Positions 11,805 to 24,351 of a DNA stretch of 64,000 bases are shown here, one piece after another. Under the pieces are notes generated by a model, which was given only the letters and a program-made list of their open reading frames with translations, made no database searches and was not told where the DNA came from. The DNA is from Eledone cirrhosa (taxonomy: Eukaryota), in contig OZ024750.1 in assembly GCA_964016885.1 (NCBI GenBank), positions 28,334,001 to 28,398,000 of the forward strand. Direction: 5' to 3'. The position numbers were made by a program, and so were the translations under genes. The stretch's first letter is position 1. Each line of letters begins with the position of its first letter.

Positions 11805-12215
11805 GGCTGCTTGGAGCTTTTTAGCCAATCACGAGTATCTCCGGCTGTGTGGCTACATGGAGCTCTTTAACCAACCATGAGTACCTCCGGCTGTGTGGCT
11901 ACATGAAGCTCTTTAACCAACCACCAGAACCTCCGGTTCTGTGGCTACATGGAGCCATTTAGCCAATCACGACTACGTCCGGTTCTGTGGCTACATGGAG
12001 CTCTTTAGCCAACCATGAGTACCTCCGGCTGTGTGGCTACATGAAGCTTTTTAACCAACCACCAGAACCTCCGGTTCTGTGGCTACATGGAGCCATTTAT
12101 CCAATCACGACTACGTCCGGTTCTGTGGCTACATGGAGCTCTTTAGCCAACCATGAGTACCTCCGGGTCTATGGCTACATGGAGCTCTTTAGCCAACCAC
12201 GAGTATCTCTGGTTC
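11805..12215. repeat. 46-bp minisatellite (about 9 units) with 138-bp higher-order periodicity
   Basis: GGCTACAT recurs every 46 bp from 11851; variant units recur every third copy. Confidence 0.9.
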
Positions 12216-12219
12216 CCTA

Positions 12220-12277
12220 GCTTCATGTGTGTATTCGTCTCCGTGAAACCTCACGGAGACGAATACACACATGAAGC
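12220..12277. repeat. Perfect 27-bp-arm hairpin
   Basis: GCTTCATGTGTGTATTCGTCTCCGTGA-aacc-TCACGGAGACGAATACACACATGAAGC. Confidence 0.95.
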
Positions 12278-12973
12278 GTAATAAATATTCAATGTTAAAT
12301 TATAACTTACTAAGCAAAATAGAAATTAGAAATAATAAATTCATTGATAGAGTAGGAGGGAATTTGAGAAGATGGAAGAGAGAATTGGAATTAACATGGA
12401 CCTCCGTCACTTTCAAAGATGAATGTAACAGCTGTTCGATTAACAGAACAGCCTGCTTGTTAGATTAAAGTATAAGTGGCTGAGCATTCTACAAACACGT
12501 GTACCATTAGCATAATTCGCAAGACAGGAGATTCAACATGACGCAATTTGTGTCACGTTGACCCGTTTGAATAACTGGTACAGTCTATCTGACAAGGCTT
12601 CCAAACAGCTCCCATCTACACAGTTTCACTCACAAGGCTGTGGTCATCCGAAGATATAGTAAATTATATTTACCCCAAGCTACCACGCCGTAGGATAGAA
12701 CCCGGGACCTAACGGTTCAGGGGCAATTTTTGCTCTACTATTCGGTTATGTTGTTTTCACAAAAAAAAAAAAAAAAATGTTTACTACGATACTACAGGGA
12801 GATCCGAAAGTCTTGTCACTCCCCTAACAAAAAATAATTAGAAACAGTTTATGTTCTCATTGCAGTATCGTTCTTTTTCGGATCAGCTTGTTTGCCGAAT
12901 CTTGCAGTGAAGTCATGTCGCACATCCTCCATGCTCTTGCCAGAATGCCCACGAATGTGAATACACACACATC

Positions 12974-13086
<113 letters not shown>

Positions 13087-13433
13087 TCAGATAGATTTCT
13101 ATTTAACAGTATATTATCTACAACTCATCATAGAACTGAACTGGTCTTTACATACAGACATGATCAGATAAATGCTTCCGCACATTGTTCATCAGATTTG
13201 AAACATAATTTCCCGTGAGAAACTTGTTACTGACACTTTGCAGGGATACGATTTTATTAATATCAATTATTGTATTGATTTCTATCGCTTGTTTATGAAT
13301 ATAATAGCTTCGTTTTATACTCATTTTTGGAATTTATTTTCGGGTTCAAATACCACGTCTTGATATATTTTGTACATACAAAATAAAAGTTGGCATTTCA
13401 ATGGAAAATAATCAATCCCAACGAAAGCCTTGA

Positions 13434-13483
<50 letters not shown>

Positions 13484-13700
13484 TCTTGGGATGGACACAC
13501 GCGTATAACTTGCTGAGTAAGTTCTGTTTAAATTTCTATAGAAATTCTTGTCTGATAACTTTAATTTTTGTACCATTTTGTAGAGGGACTGCCAGGTCAA
13601 ACTTTGATCTGGTCAGTCTCTCAAAATATTCTACGCCTTTAGGCGAAATAGTTAAACAAAAAAAAATGTTTTTTCTTGTTGAAAAGTCAATATTTTTTAA

Positions 13701-15494
13701 ATGGCCGAAGCTTCTTCACCAAAATTCGAAGGAGGAAAAGGGAAGATGAACTTACAGCTTCCCCCTGCCACTGTCACAGTAGCAGAGGTCAAGAAGAAAG
13801 GTCAGCCAGAGGAAGAATTCTCTCCACCTGTTAACCAACAACTTGACGTTGCCATGGCAACAACCCAAAGAACCAGCAGCAACAGCAACAACAACAACAA
13901 TGCGACGGACGAAAACAACACCAATAACAATAAAATAACAACAACAACAAGACCAATAACGGTGACAACAACAACAATGATAACAACAACACCACCAACG
14001 ACAACAACAACACAAACAAACAAAATTTCTCCTTCGCCGAGACGACAAGGAAAACCCTCGACTATCTGCCAGTAGATATAACAAAAGCGAAGGAGCTACT
14101 GGCGGATGCGAAAAAATATATAGTGTACGGAGAAAATGGTTCATTCACAATCCATTCCCCCCCCGGAACTAAAAAGCCAGAGACTCCTAAACACGGTCAT
14201 GTTTAGGACAATCTCGAACAAAAGTAAAAAACCAGCTCAACCATCACAGAGCGAGATAGAGCTGGTTTTAAAAGACGTCATGAAGGACATCACCTTCATT
14301 CAGAAGGATAGACTCTACGGGAGTCTATCCATTCTCATGAAGGACAGGGACACAGCAGTGAAACTGTCCATCAAACCAATCACATCCACCGCATACACCT
14401 TCTACCCTACGTACATGGGTAGAAGAACACAAAAAATAAAAATCCACACCATCCTGCCGATTATGGACATATGGTGGGTTTTGACAGGTTTTCTGGACCT
14501 GGAGGATGACATGCTGGTGTCCATGGGAAAGGCATCGGGTGACGCGTTCAGTGGAACGAGCCTCGAACTTGTAGTTCAAATGAGGCCCGAAAGGATCGCC
14601 CAGATCCCTGAACGCGTCATACTGGATGATCTAACCTTCATCAACATTACCGTTGAGGGTAGACGGCCCTCGTGTTACCTCTGCGGAACCAGAGGTCACC
14701 TGAGGGCTGTCTGTCCCCAACTTAATAAGAAAACCCCAATCCTGCCTACACCACCAACAACTGCACAACCAACACAATCACCACAACTACCACTACAAAA
14801 ACAACCACCACAGCTCAAACCAAAACAAAACAATGTCCAACCCATCCCCTCCACTCAAAAAACAAAAACAATTTCCAAAACACCCGTACCGCAAACACAA
14901 CCCGAAAATATACCCCTCCCCTCCAACGCGGAAGATGACCCTAGTTCGTCGTCAGACGAGGAGGAGCACTTCCACACAACCAAAAGAAAAAAAAGAAAAC
15001 ACACCTCAGACACATAAATGAAAACAACCCCTCCCCAAAACATAACACTGACACCAACACAAAAGAGCTCACAACAACAGCAAACAAAAAACACCACACA
15101 AAAACAAAAACATGCATACACATACATAAACACAAGAAACAAAAAACTGTTAAACATTGTGTACAACAACAATCTAATAAAAACACAAGGACCTAACTTC
15201 ACCCAGGCAGGGGATTTCCCCCACCTCAAAATGATTAAGGCCCCACAGGACACCTATAAAACTTTAAAAAACAATTTTAAAGAGGACGTGGGTCCCCCCT
15301 GCGTCGGGCCCATTAACCGCGTCCTCCTAAAAAACTATCCCACTCCCTCCCCAAACACCCACACAACTCCAAGCTCCCCAACCACACAACACACTGATGC
15401 CCCCACACTTCCACAAACCACCACCCCACCCAACAACCCATCCCCCACCCTAATGGAAATTGTGCAGCCCGATACCCGGGACGCAGAGAGGTAA
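13701..15494 (+). pseudogene. LINE ORF1 (gag-like, CCHC knuckle), disrupted
   Basis: VEGRRPSCYLCGTRGHLRAVCP knuckle. Broken by apparent frameshifts (ACA-rich region and C8 run at 14157-14164) and an in-frame TAA at 15015-15017. Confidence 0.8.
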
Positions 15495-15518
15495 GTGCAT
15501 TTTCTCTTCACCACCAAC

Positions 15519-18500
15519 ATGGCTATGCTAAGAGTAGGCTGTTTAAATGCGCGTGGCCTGGGCTCAACTTGGAAGCAAGCAATGCTTCTAAATGACCTCA
15601 GGTCACAACGTATAGATGTGATGGTTATTTGCGAGGCCCGGATCAGCAACGTGCGACAGCTGGCCCCCACCTTTGATGACTTTGAGATGCACGCATCTCT
15701 CTGTCAGCCCGGAGGTGGGGGTGGAGTTGTCGTTCTGCTGCAAAAACATCTGGGTCTCGCAACACAGATGGTACATTTGGACCCGGAGGGTCGACTAGTG
15801 GTTCTGGACCTTGGCAGTGGTAAAGGCGGAGCGTTTAGGTTGGTAGCCGCCTACGGCCCTTTCGGGTCAATGCGGCCGGACTTCTTCCATCGTCTGGAGA
15901 CTTTTCTAGGGACGTCCCGCTCCTTGCTATTAGTGGGGGACTGGAATGGTATCCTAGATGCACGCTGGGACTACGTAGGGGCCTGCCCCGATAGAGAGGG
16001 GTGTAATATCCTCAAAGGGTTAATCGGTCGATTTGACCTGGCCGATAGATATCGACTAGATTTTCCGACTGCGCCAACCTGGACTTGGGCAAATCGTAGC
16101 GGATCATCTAGGTCGTACCTAGATAGGTTCTTAGTTAGAATTAAGGATAAGGACTTTTTAAGTTGTCCAAAAATGCGCATGGTTGGCTATTCAGACCACA
16201 AATTAGTGACCTGCATGGTCAACCTTGACAGAACTCATAGACAGGGCCCCGGTTACTGGAAGCTCAACTTGTCCTTGCCGGCAAGTAGAGCCTACAGGAA
16301 TCGGATTAGTACGTTAGTTAAGGAACGGTTGACGGGAGCGATCGTCAACAGCAGGTGGTGGGTATCTCTAAAGAGAGAGATTAGAGTAGTCTCGATAGAA
16401 TTTAGTAAGGTTCTAGCTGCGGATAGGAATAGGAAGGAAAGGGAGCTAATAGATAGAGTAGAAGAGGCAATTAGAAGCGGCGACGTGGCCAGAGTGCTAG
16501 CGTCGAGAACGGCTTTGAGCCAGTTTTTCGACGCGAAGCACGAAGGCTGCGTTGTCCGAAGTAAAATACGTTCTCTAGGGAACGAGGGGACCAAAGCTGT
16601 TAGCTGGGCCCGCGTGACAGAGGCCAACAGTGGAACTAAATCCACCATCCGGTCTTTGCGAGACCTGGATGGACGGGCGATTCTTGAGCCTAAGCAGATG
16701 TGTGAGGCCTTTCAAAGGCACTTTGCCCGACTGTTCGGGAGGGGCGGGGAGCCGGTTGGGAATGTGGACTTCGGTCCATACCTCGACGGCCTGCCGCGCC
16801 TCTCGGACAGGGAGGCGAAGTCCTGCGAGGAGCCGATTTCGGCCGCTGAGATAGAGGACGTGCTGAGCCAATGCGGCAAACGCAAATCCCCGGGTCTCGA
16901 TGGTCTTCCTTACGAATTATATCTAGCTATGCCGGACTTGTTCCCCGATCTCCTCGAGGCGGTCTACTGCAACTGGCAACAGAACGGGAGAATTCCCTGT
17001 ACTGTGACCAAGGGCGTAGTCACGCTAGTGAGGAAGGACGAGAACAAGGGGGACGAAATAAGTAACTTCAGGCCCATAACTCTGCTAAATACAGAGTTAC
17101 AGATTTTGGCCAAGGTGCTAGCAAAGAGGTTGGCGCTTGTCGTGGGCAACCTGGTGGGAGATGCGCAGACATGCGCTATCCCGTCCAGGTCCATCCATGA
17201 CAACCTCCACCTCATGCGATACATCATAGAGAGGGTTGGGAACGAACCCGGCTTTGGTGGGGCTCTGATCAACTTGGATCAATCTAAGGCGTTCGATAGG
17301 GTCGACCATGGTTACCTGGATGCGGTGCTAGCGGCGGCAGGCTTCGGACCCGTTTTCAGGGGCTGGATCACTGCTATGCACAGCAGCCGCATCTGCTCTA
17401 GGGTCAAGGTGAACGGCTACCTCTCGGAGCCGTTCAAAATCGCGCGGTCCATCCGACAAGGGTGCCCTCTCTCCTCCCTTCTGTATGTGTTGACTCTCGA
17501 GCCACTACTGCGGAAGTTGGAGTTGTTGCAGGGCATCCCTTTGGAACCGGGATTGCGGAAAGCGGTGTCGGCCTACGCCGACGACGTGACAGTAATGGTG
17601 TCGACGGCCTCCGAAATCGAGGCGGTCGGCACCTTACTGGAGGAGTACGAAAAGTTCACAGGGGCTAAGCTGAACCGGGACAAGTCGATCGGTTTGCAAC
17701 TCGGCACGTGGAGGGGCAGACCGATGCCCTCCGATGGCGTCGTCGGACGCTGGACGGAGGGCCCGGTGAAGTTGCTCGGGGTCTGGTTCGGACCGGACCT
17801 CCAGGTGGAGAAAAACTGGGCGGAGGTTACGAACAGGGTGTTTGCACTGACCCAGAAGTGGGCCAGTTGCAAACTATCCCTGAAAGGTCGGGCGGAGGTG
17901 GCGAACACCTACATAGCGTCCGTCATCTACTACCGCCTGACCGTAGTGCCCTGCCCAAGGGAAACCCTCACCAAGATGGAGCGCGCGCTCTTCCAATTCT
18001 TTTGGAAGAGGCGGGCTCCTATGGTGAGGAGATCCATCTGCTGTCAACACCCTTCGAAAGGAGGGCTGGGGATGCCGTGGCTAATGATGCGTAAACACGC
18101 ATTAAGGCTACGGCACCTCTACGTATTCCTCACCGGACAACCGGTGTGGGCCTCGTTTGTGAGACGAACCTTTCCCAGACTCGTCTCACTCACCGAGCTG
18201 CAATCCTGGGTCAAACAAAGACCGAGAAAACTGGGCGCCTGGCGCACTGAGTGTGCCCAGGCGCTCACCGCCCTCTGGCAGGCGGATCCGGTTATCAGTG
18301 GAGACTCCACCGCAACATTCTATAGAAGGCTGGTACGCAGCAGGTGCGACGACGCCCTCGGAGAAGCCCTAGACATGGAGGAGGACGAACTGGCCAGCCT
18401 GTTCGGTAGGACATTCAGCCCGGGACCTATGAACAACTTCCAGAAGTCCCTGGCCTGGCAGTGCTACCGAGGGGCTTTACCCGTTCGAGAAAGGCTCTAC

Positions 18501-18956
18501 AGACACGGGCGCCCGGGTAGGGACCCCGCCAAAAAGATCTGTCCCAGATGCGTGTGCGACGAGGAAACCGTTGCACACGCATTGGTACACTGCTCGGGCG
18601 TAGCCGATCTGTGGGGCTATGTCGAACAACTGCTGTCAAGGGTGGGACCGATCCGGTTGACCACCGAGTCTATTGTAATGATCAAGCCGCCTCCCCCCTT
18701 CAAAGATGAAGCAGAGGCGGTGTTTCTGTGCGTAATAGCCATGGCGAAAGAGGTTGTATGGTGGACGCGTCTGAAAGGACTGAGGTCAGGCACCTTTCTC
18801 TCTGGCCAACAACTGGTCCGTTTCTTCCGATATCATTTCGGAAGAAGGATCAGGATGGAGAGAGAGGTGCTGCACCCCAGCCGTTTCTATGAAAGATGGG
18901 TGAAAGTGGCGAGAATGGCCCGTGTGAATGGGCCTTCACTCTACATCAGACTATAG
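15519..18956 (+). CDS. LINE ORF2: APE endonuclease, reverse transcriptase and C-terminal zinc-binding domain (Tx1-like)
   Basis: APE motifs LNARGL, GDWN, YLDRF, SDH. RT motifs SPGLDGLP, FRPITLLN, LDQSKAFDRV, RQGCPLS, YADD. C-terminal CPRC...ETVAHALVHC. Uninterrupted; first ATG at 15519. Confidence 0.95.
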   Translation: MAMLRVGCLNARGLGSTWKQAMLLNDLRSQRIDVMVICEARISNVRQLAPTFDDFEMHASLCQPGGGGGVVVLLQKHLGLATQMVHLDPEGRLVVLDLGSGKGGAFRLVAAYGPFGSMRPDFFHRLETFLGTSRSLLLVGDWNGILDARWDYVGACPDREGCNILKGLIGRFDLADRYRLDFPTAPTWTWANRSGSSRSYLDRFLVRIKDKDFLSCPKMRMVGYSDHKLVTCMVNLDRTHRQGPGYWKLNLSLPASRAYRNRISTLVKERLTGAIVNSRWWVSLKREIRVVSIEFSKVLAADRNRKERELIDRVEEAIRSGDVARVLASRTALSQFFDAKHEGCVVRSKIRSLGNEGTKAVSWARVTEANSGTKSTIRSLRDLDGRAILEPKQMCEAFQRHFARLFGRGGEPVGNVDFGPYLDGLPRLSDREAKSCEEPISAAEIEDVLSQCGKRKSPGLDGLPYELYLAMPDLFPDLLEAVYCNWQQNGRIPCTVTKGVVTLVRKDENKGDEISNFRPITLLNTELQILAKVLAKRLALVVGNLVGDAQTCAIPSRSIHDNLHLMRYIIERVGNEPGFGGALINLDQSKAFDRVDHGYLDAVLAAAGFGPVFRGWITAMHSSRICSRVKVNGYLSEPFKIARSIRQGCPLSSLLYVLTLEPLLRKLELLQGIPLEPGLRKAVSAYADDVTVMVSTASEIEAVGTLLEEYEKFTGAKLNRDKSIGLQLGTWRGRPMPSDGVVGRWTEGPVKLLGVWFGPDLQVEKNWAEVTNRVFALTQKWASCKLSLKGRAEVANTYIASVIYYRLTVVPCPRETLTKMERALFQFFWKRRAPMVRRSICCQHPSKGGLGMPWLMMRKHALRLRHLYVFLTGQPVWASFVRRTFPRLVSLTELQSWVKQRPRKLGAWRTECAQALTALWQADPVISGDSTATFYRRLVRSRCDDALGEALDMEEDELASLFGRTFSPGPMNNFQKSLAWQCYRGALPVRERLYRHGRPGRDPAKKICPRCVCDEETVAHALVHCSGVADLWGYVEQLLSRVGPIRLTTESIVMIKPPPPFKDEAEAVFLCVIAMAKEVVWWTRLKGLRSGTFLSGQQLVRFFRYHFGRRIRMEREVLHPSRFYERWVKVARMARVNGPSLYIRL

Positions 18957-19296
18957 GTGAGGAAGATGAAAGACCAAGGGAGCACCCCTTCTCTGTGCTC
19001 CTGAGGAGAAGGGTTGCACACTTTTTTCGGGGGTGTGTGCGACCCCCCATGGCGCCTCCTCTCTATTGAGGATTTTGTTATAAATTTTATTTTTTGTTAT
19101 ATCTTATTTTATTTTTATATTTTGTTATTGCCTCCTCCTTATTGAGGACGCCTTTTTGTGTAAACTCCCCCCTTTGTACTTGTCCCACTTTTGATGCCCT
19201 AGTGGCAAATAAAAGAAACATATCTATCTATCTATCTATCTATCTAAATCAGGGTTTTGAATCCTTGTTGTAACTATTTCACTGGGTTAGACTATA

Positions 19297-19839
19297 TACG
19301 AGGAGGCTTCAAAATGTTTGTAGAAAAAGTACATAGCTAAAAATCATATGCAGGGATTTCGATCTGAATCTCGTACTAATGTGTCATAACATGTTCTAAC
19401 ATGAACCCTTAAATGCACGTTGCAACGTGGCGCCGCCAGTCGGAAGTCAGCACCCACTCGAGCAACATGGCCTCCATCAAAACATCAAATTTATGGTGAA
19501 GCTAGTGTGGAAAAGCAGCCAAATAATTGCTGCTCTGGAGCAAGTTTATGGGGGACAATACCCCCAAAGAAATTAACAACCTACAAATGGATAAATCGTT
19601 TTAGAAGTGGAAGAGAAGAGGTTGAAGATGATCCGCAGTTGAAGATGTAAAAATAAAGTTGCTTTGATATGGTTTAAATCGCACGGCCCTCAGTTTTACA
19701 CAGATTGACTTAAATGCTGGTGTCAACGCTTGCAGAAGTGTATTAACTTAGATGGAGAATATGTTGAATAATAAACATCATAACTTAAACCGCTTTTTCC
19801 AACTATCTTTTTCCAGGAATGTTTTGAAGCCTCCTCGTA
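19297..19839 (+). mobile_element. Internally deleted mariner transposon
   Basis: Terminal inverted repeats (TIRs) TACGAGGAGGCTTCAAAA / TTTTGAAGCCTCCTCGTA. N-terminal remnant IKFMVKL...LEQVYG...YKWINRFRSGREEVEDD; C-terminal remnant QKCINLDGEYVE*. Confidence 0.88.
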
Positions 19840-19872
19840 TATGAGCTAGACATAATACCACACATTAATTAG

Positions 19873-20570
19873 GATCATTTATATGGTATATCTCTTGCTA
19901 ATAGATACATATGTCCTCGAAATATCGATACATTTATCGCAGGATATATCAATAAAGATCTTATATATGGCATATCTCTCGGTAATAGACAATTATAACC
20001 TCAAAATATCGATATATTTATCGTACGATATATCAATAATGATCTTATATATGACATATCTCTGGTTAATATATACTTATAGCTTCGAAATATCGATATA
20101 TTTATCGTAGGATATATCAATAATTGTTTCTACTTTTGGCACAAGGCCAGCAATTAACCAGTGTATTACTGGTACTTTATTTTATCGACCCCGTAAGGTT
20201 GAAAGGCAAAGTTAACCTCGGCGGGATTTGAACTCAGACCATAAAGGGCCGTAACTCTTTGCTGCAAAACATGGCATCCGACCTTCTACCGATACTTGAT
20301 CTTATATATGACATATCTCTGGTTAATAGATACTTATAGCTTCGAGATATCGATATATTTATCGTAGGATATATCAAAAATGATCTTATATATGACATAT
20401 CTCTGGTTAATAGATACTTATTGCTTCGAGATATCGAGATATTTATCGTAGGATATATCAAAAATGATCTTATATATGACATATCTCTGGTTAAGAGATA
20501 GCTTGTAGCTTGGAGATATCGAGTTATTTATCGTAGGATATAAAAATTATCTTATATATGCTAGTTATGA
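19873..20570. repeat. 84-bp minisatellite (about 6 units) interrupted by a SINE
   Basis: GATCTTATATATGACATATCTCTGG at 19957, 20041, 20298, 20382 and 20466. Confidence 0.9.
20124..20296 (-). mobile_element. Family-1 SINE
   Basis: Reverse complement matches family 1. Confidence 0.9.
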
Positions 20571-20856
20571 TCTTCAAATAAGTAACTGTTTATTCGTCTT
20601 TAAATTCATGTTCTTATATGTATGTATGGATGGATGTATGTGTGAACACACGTATGTATGTATGTGTGAATGTGTGAATGGATGTATGTGTGAATGTATG
20701 TATATATATATATATATGTACGTATGTACGCGTGAATGTATATATGGATGTATGTATGTATGTATGTATGTACGTATGCATGGCTGTATGTATGGATGTA
20801 TGTATGGATGTACGTCTGTATGTACGTGTGAATGCATGAATGTATGTATGTGTGTG

Positions 20857-20909
<53 letters not shown>

Positions 20910-21027
20910 GTATACTTGCGTATCTATGTATGCGCGTACGTAAGGATCGATTATGTATGTATGTATGTGCGTGTGTGTATATGTGTGTCTGTGCGTGTGT
21001 GTATATGTGTGTGTTTGTGTATGTATA

Positions 21028-21069
<42 letters not shown>

Positions 21070-21740
21070 ATTAATGAAATGTTTGTAGAAAGAACCCCGT
21101 AAACAACCCTTCCTCGGTGGGTTAGTCTTACGATAACACAGCAATGTAATCCATTGTTTGTAATTTTGCTCGATTTGATATGTATCTGCTTCAGTTTAGT
21201 TAGAATCCTTTGGAAACCGTCTGTCACCACAGGGTAGGGGATAGGTGTTTGTGTCTTTACGTGGACATTGATAGTCGTTTTAGATTAATACTATCCTGCC
21301 AAATAAATCCTCATAAGGTCATTTGATACATTATCTAATGGTGGACATATTTATATCAATAGAGACCCAAGCTATATATATTCTGACAATTAATACAGAT
21401 GTAATGACACAAAACATATGATATATATATTGATCAGTTTTTTTTTTCGGGGGTATTTTGGTGTTTGTTTTCTTTGTTATTTGTTTCTCAGTTCACACGC
21501 CAGGGTGCTGTAGATAAATGACGCCATAGATTACATATATAGATAAACTATTGATTATAATGCCTCCAGCAACCGACGTTGCTGCAATCTGCCACCTTTT
21601 CTCATATTTACAACACAATCGCAGGCGAGTGCACCAACAAATATCTGTGTTTATATGTATGTATTTGTTTTTGTGTGTGTGTATATATATATATACGTGT
21701 GTGTGTGTCTGTGTGTGTGATTGTATATATATATATATAT

Positions 21741-21988
21741 ATAGTGGTAGAACACTCGAAGGTAATATCCGTAGTGGTAGAGCACTCAGTCCATGGGACG
21801 AGTTATGTAGAACTGGTTACACAACAGTTAGTTCACCATATCGAGAGCAATTGTTTCACGTTAGCGGATCCTCAGCTCGTAAAGGTTACACAACAGTTAG
21901 TTCACCATACCATTACGAGCTGAGGATCCGCTAAGGTGAAACAATTGTTCTCGGTATGGTGAACTAACTGTTGTGTAACCAGTTCTAT
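21741..21988 (-). mobile_element. PLE-like fold-back mini-element with HHR
   Basis: Inverted arms 21808-21882 and 21913-21987. The spacer is a direct copy of part of the arm. Confidence 0.8.
21916..21953 (+). ncRNA. Minimal type I hammerhead ribozyme
   Basis: CGAG-CTGAGGA-T CC gctaa GG T-GAAA-CAATT-GTT-CTCG, with palindromic ACAATTGT stem III. Confidence 0.75.
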
Positions 21989-22191
21989 TTTTTTATATAT
22001 AAATATAAATTAGCGAGAATCGTATTTCGGCTATTGGAAATTAGCGAAAAACAACTTCCGAGATGTGTGGCAAGCGCTCCATAGAAGCTAGTGAACTAGA
22101 GCAACAACATAAGTTAAAAGGCCAAACACACTGAGACGATGGTTAAACCATTATCCGCACAGCCATAGAAACGACCAAGTAATTCGGGTCA

Positions 22192-22254
<63 letters not shown>

Positions 22255-22259
<5 letters not shown>

Positions 22260-22520
22260 TAAGAGGAATTCCAACTTTGTCTGATTTACTCGTTTTATTT
22301 ACAATCCTTTAAAATTTATAATGGTATTATAATGAAATAGTATGATAGAATATTAAATTCTAAGTGTTAATTGAACAAGTAGTTTCATGCTTTCGCAATC
22401 TTCAGGTTCATAATATGTGGTGACAGTCAAGTTTGCAATTTTCAACTGTCAGAGTAAATCAGACAAAGTTGGAATTCCTCTTATTAATATAATCTTCTAT
22501 ACACAATCATATACACCCGT
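22255..22520. mobile_element. PLE-like mini-element with about 37-bp inverted repeats and an internal HHR-like motif
   Basis: Arms 22255-22291 and 22452-22488. Minus strand 22372-22410 reads TGAAC-CTGAAGA-T TGC gaaa GCA T-GAAA-CTACTT-GTTCA (stem III mutated). Confidence 0.7.
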
Positions 22521-22537
22521 ATATATTTATCTATCTA

Positions 22538-22921
<384 letters not shown>

Positions 22922-22995
22922 TGTGTGTGCGCGCGTGTGTGTGTGTGCAGAAGGTAAACAGAAATAACAACACAGTCGGTACAGTATATGGAAAG

Positions 22996-23185
22996 CTCTC
23001 TTGCTCTGGAACCCTGACTCCAGCCTGGCTAGGAGTAGGAAGCTGTCATTCCCTGACGTTATCTCTAGGGATACGGGAATCAGTAGACAGGACCTGGGGG
23101 CAGCGATGGGGGACAGGGAATTCTGGGGCATGAGAGTGAGATCCATCATCTCGACAGTAGTCGACGAATGATGATGATGATGATG
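22996..23185 (+). mobile_element. 5'-truncated RTE-clade LINE with (TGA)n tail and 10-bp TSD
   Basis: LLLWNPDSSLARSRKLSFPDVISRDTGISRQDLGAAMGDREFW...*. TSD ATATGGAAAG at 22986-22995 and 23186-23195. Confidence 0.85.
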
Positions 23186-23222
23186 ATATGGAAAGGATAT
23201 ATTAGCTTGAAATAGCAGGAAA

Positions 23223-23258
23223 AGGGTTAGGGTTAGGGTCAGGGTTAGGGTTAGGGTT
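23223..23258 (+). repeat. Interstitial telomeric repeat (TTAGGG) x about 6
   Basis: agggttagggttagggtcagggttagggttagggtt. Confidence 0.9.
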
Positions 23259-23629
23259 GGGAAGAGGGTCTTAACGTTTCAGAATGTAAAGGAGGTGGAT
23301 TGGCAGAGTCGATAAAACTGTGAATAGAATGTTTTATGGTATTGGTTCAATCTTGTCGAGGTCAGTTTTGTCTTTTATCATTTTAGGGTCAATAAAAAAG
23401 GTACCAGTCAACTATTGGGGTAGATTTTTCTTCTATGTCTCTTTCTTACTTCCTATCTATCACTCTCTATCTTTGTCTGGAAGAAATCGACTGTTTTCTG
23501 ATCTGGACTATCGATTTCAATGTAAAGACACAAACACCATCCCCGTCCCTATTCACATGGGGACGTTATCAATAACAGTTAAGCATACATACATATATAT
23601 ATACATGCGAGTACATACATACACACGCA

Positions 23630-23705
<76 letters not shown>

Positions 23706-24351
23706 TGATGGCTGCAAACTCTGCTAAGAGTATTGCAATCGCTTGTCAGAATTTAGAAAATGGTGCACTTTTAGGCTACGGCCAGCCACATGAACCAGTA
23801 ACTTATCCTGAACAAGCAATGCCTGGGCTTTGAAGGTTATTTAAGTGGGGAAAGGCCTTGCACTCGACTAATCCCACTTTCTGAGCATCGAAAACACTAT
23901 CCGAAAAGCAGAACTGGTCAACATCATTGGATGCTTCCGAAGCCGCAGGGCTTATTTTCCAGAGTTTCCCTCTCTTAGAAAGGTGTTGTGACAACAACTG
24001 GGAGCCTGTCACTCCCAGGTGAAGAAAAAAATGTACTATTTGGATGGCCGTTGACACTGCTGAGTTCCTCTGCCCTTTACCGGGTTTTGTATTTCATCCC
24101 GCAGGGTGACCAACAATCACTCTTCAGGTTGTACTGGGTTACATGTTACCAGTAGCACTCCAGAGAGACCATGCCTACACATGCATGCATACATACATAT
24201 CTACCTAGTTGATGTTGTGTAAATTCCAATGAGAGAGTCTTGTAACTATGTTAGAAACAGACTCTCTCTCTCTATTGGCAAAAATTTGTGAAATCATAAA
24301 ACCAGAAGAACATACATACATACATACATACATACATACATACATACATAC

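Larger units (their letters stand above)
13483..19220 (+). mobile_element. Near full-length Tx1/L1-group LINE inserted in (ATCT)n
   Basis: Zinc-knuckle ORF1 plus APE-RT ORF2 and an AATAAA at 19208. (ATCT)n on both sides (13434-13481, 19221-19245). The 5' boundary is approximate. Confidence 0.92.

Noticed and set aside
11805-12215. Regularly spaced repeats as a possible CRISPR array (also the 84-bp and 485-bp arrays)
   Set aside because: No unique spacers, no cas genes, eukaryotic context.
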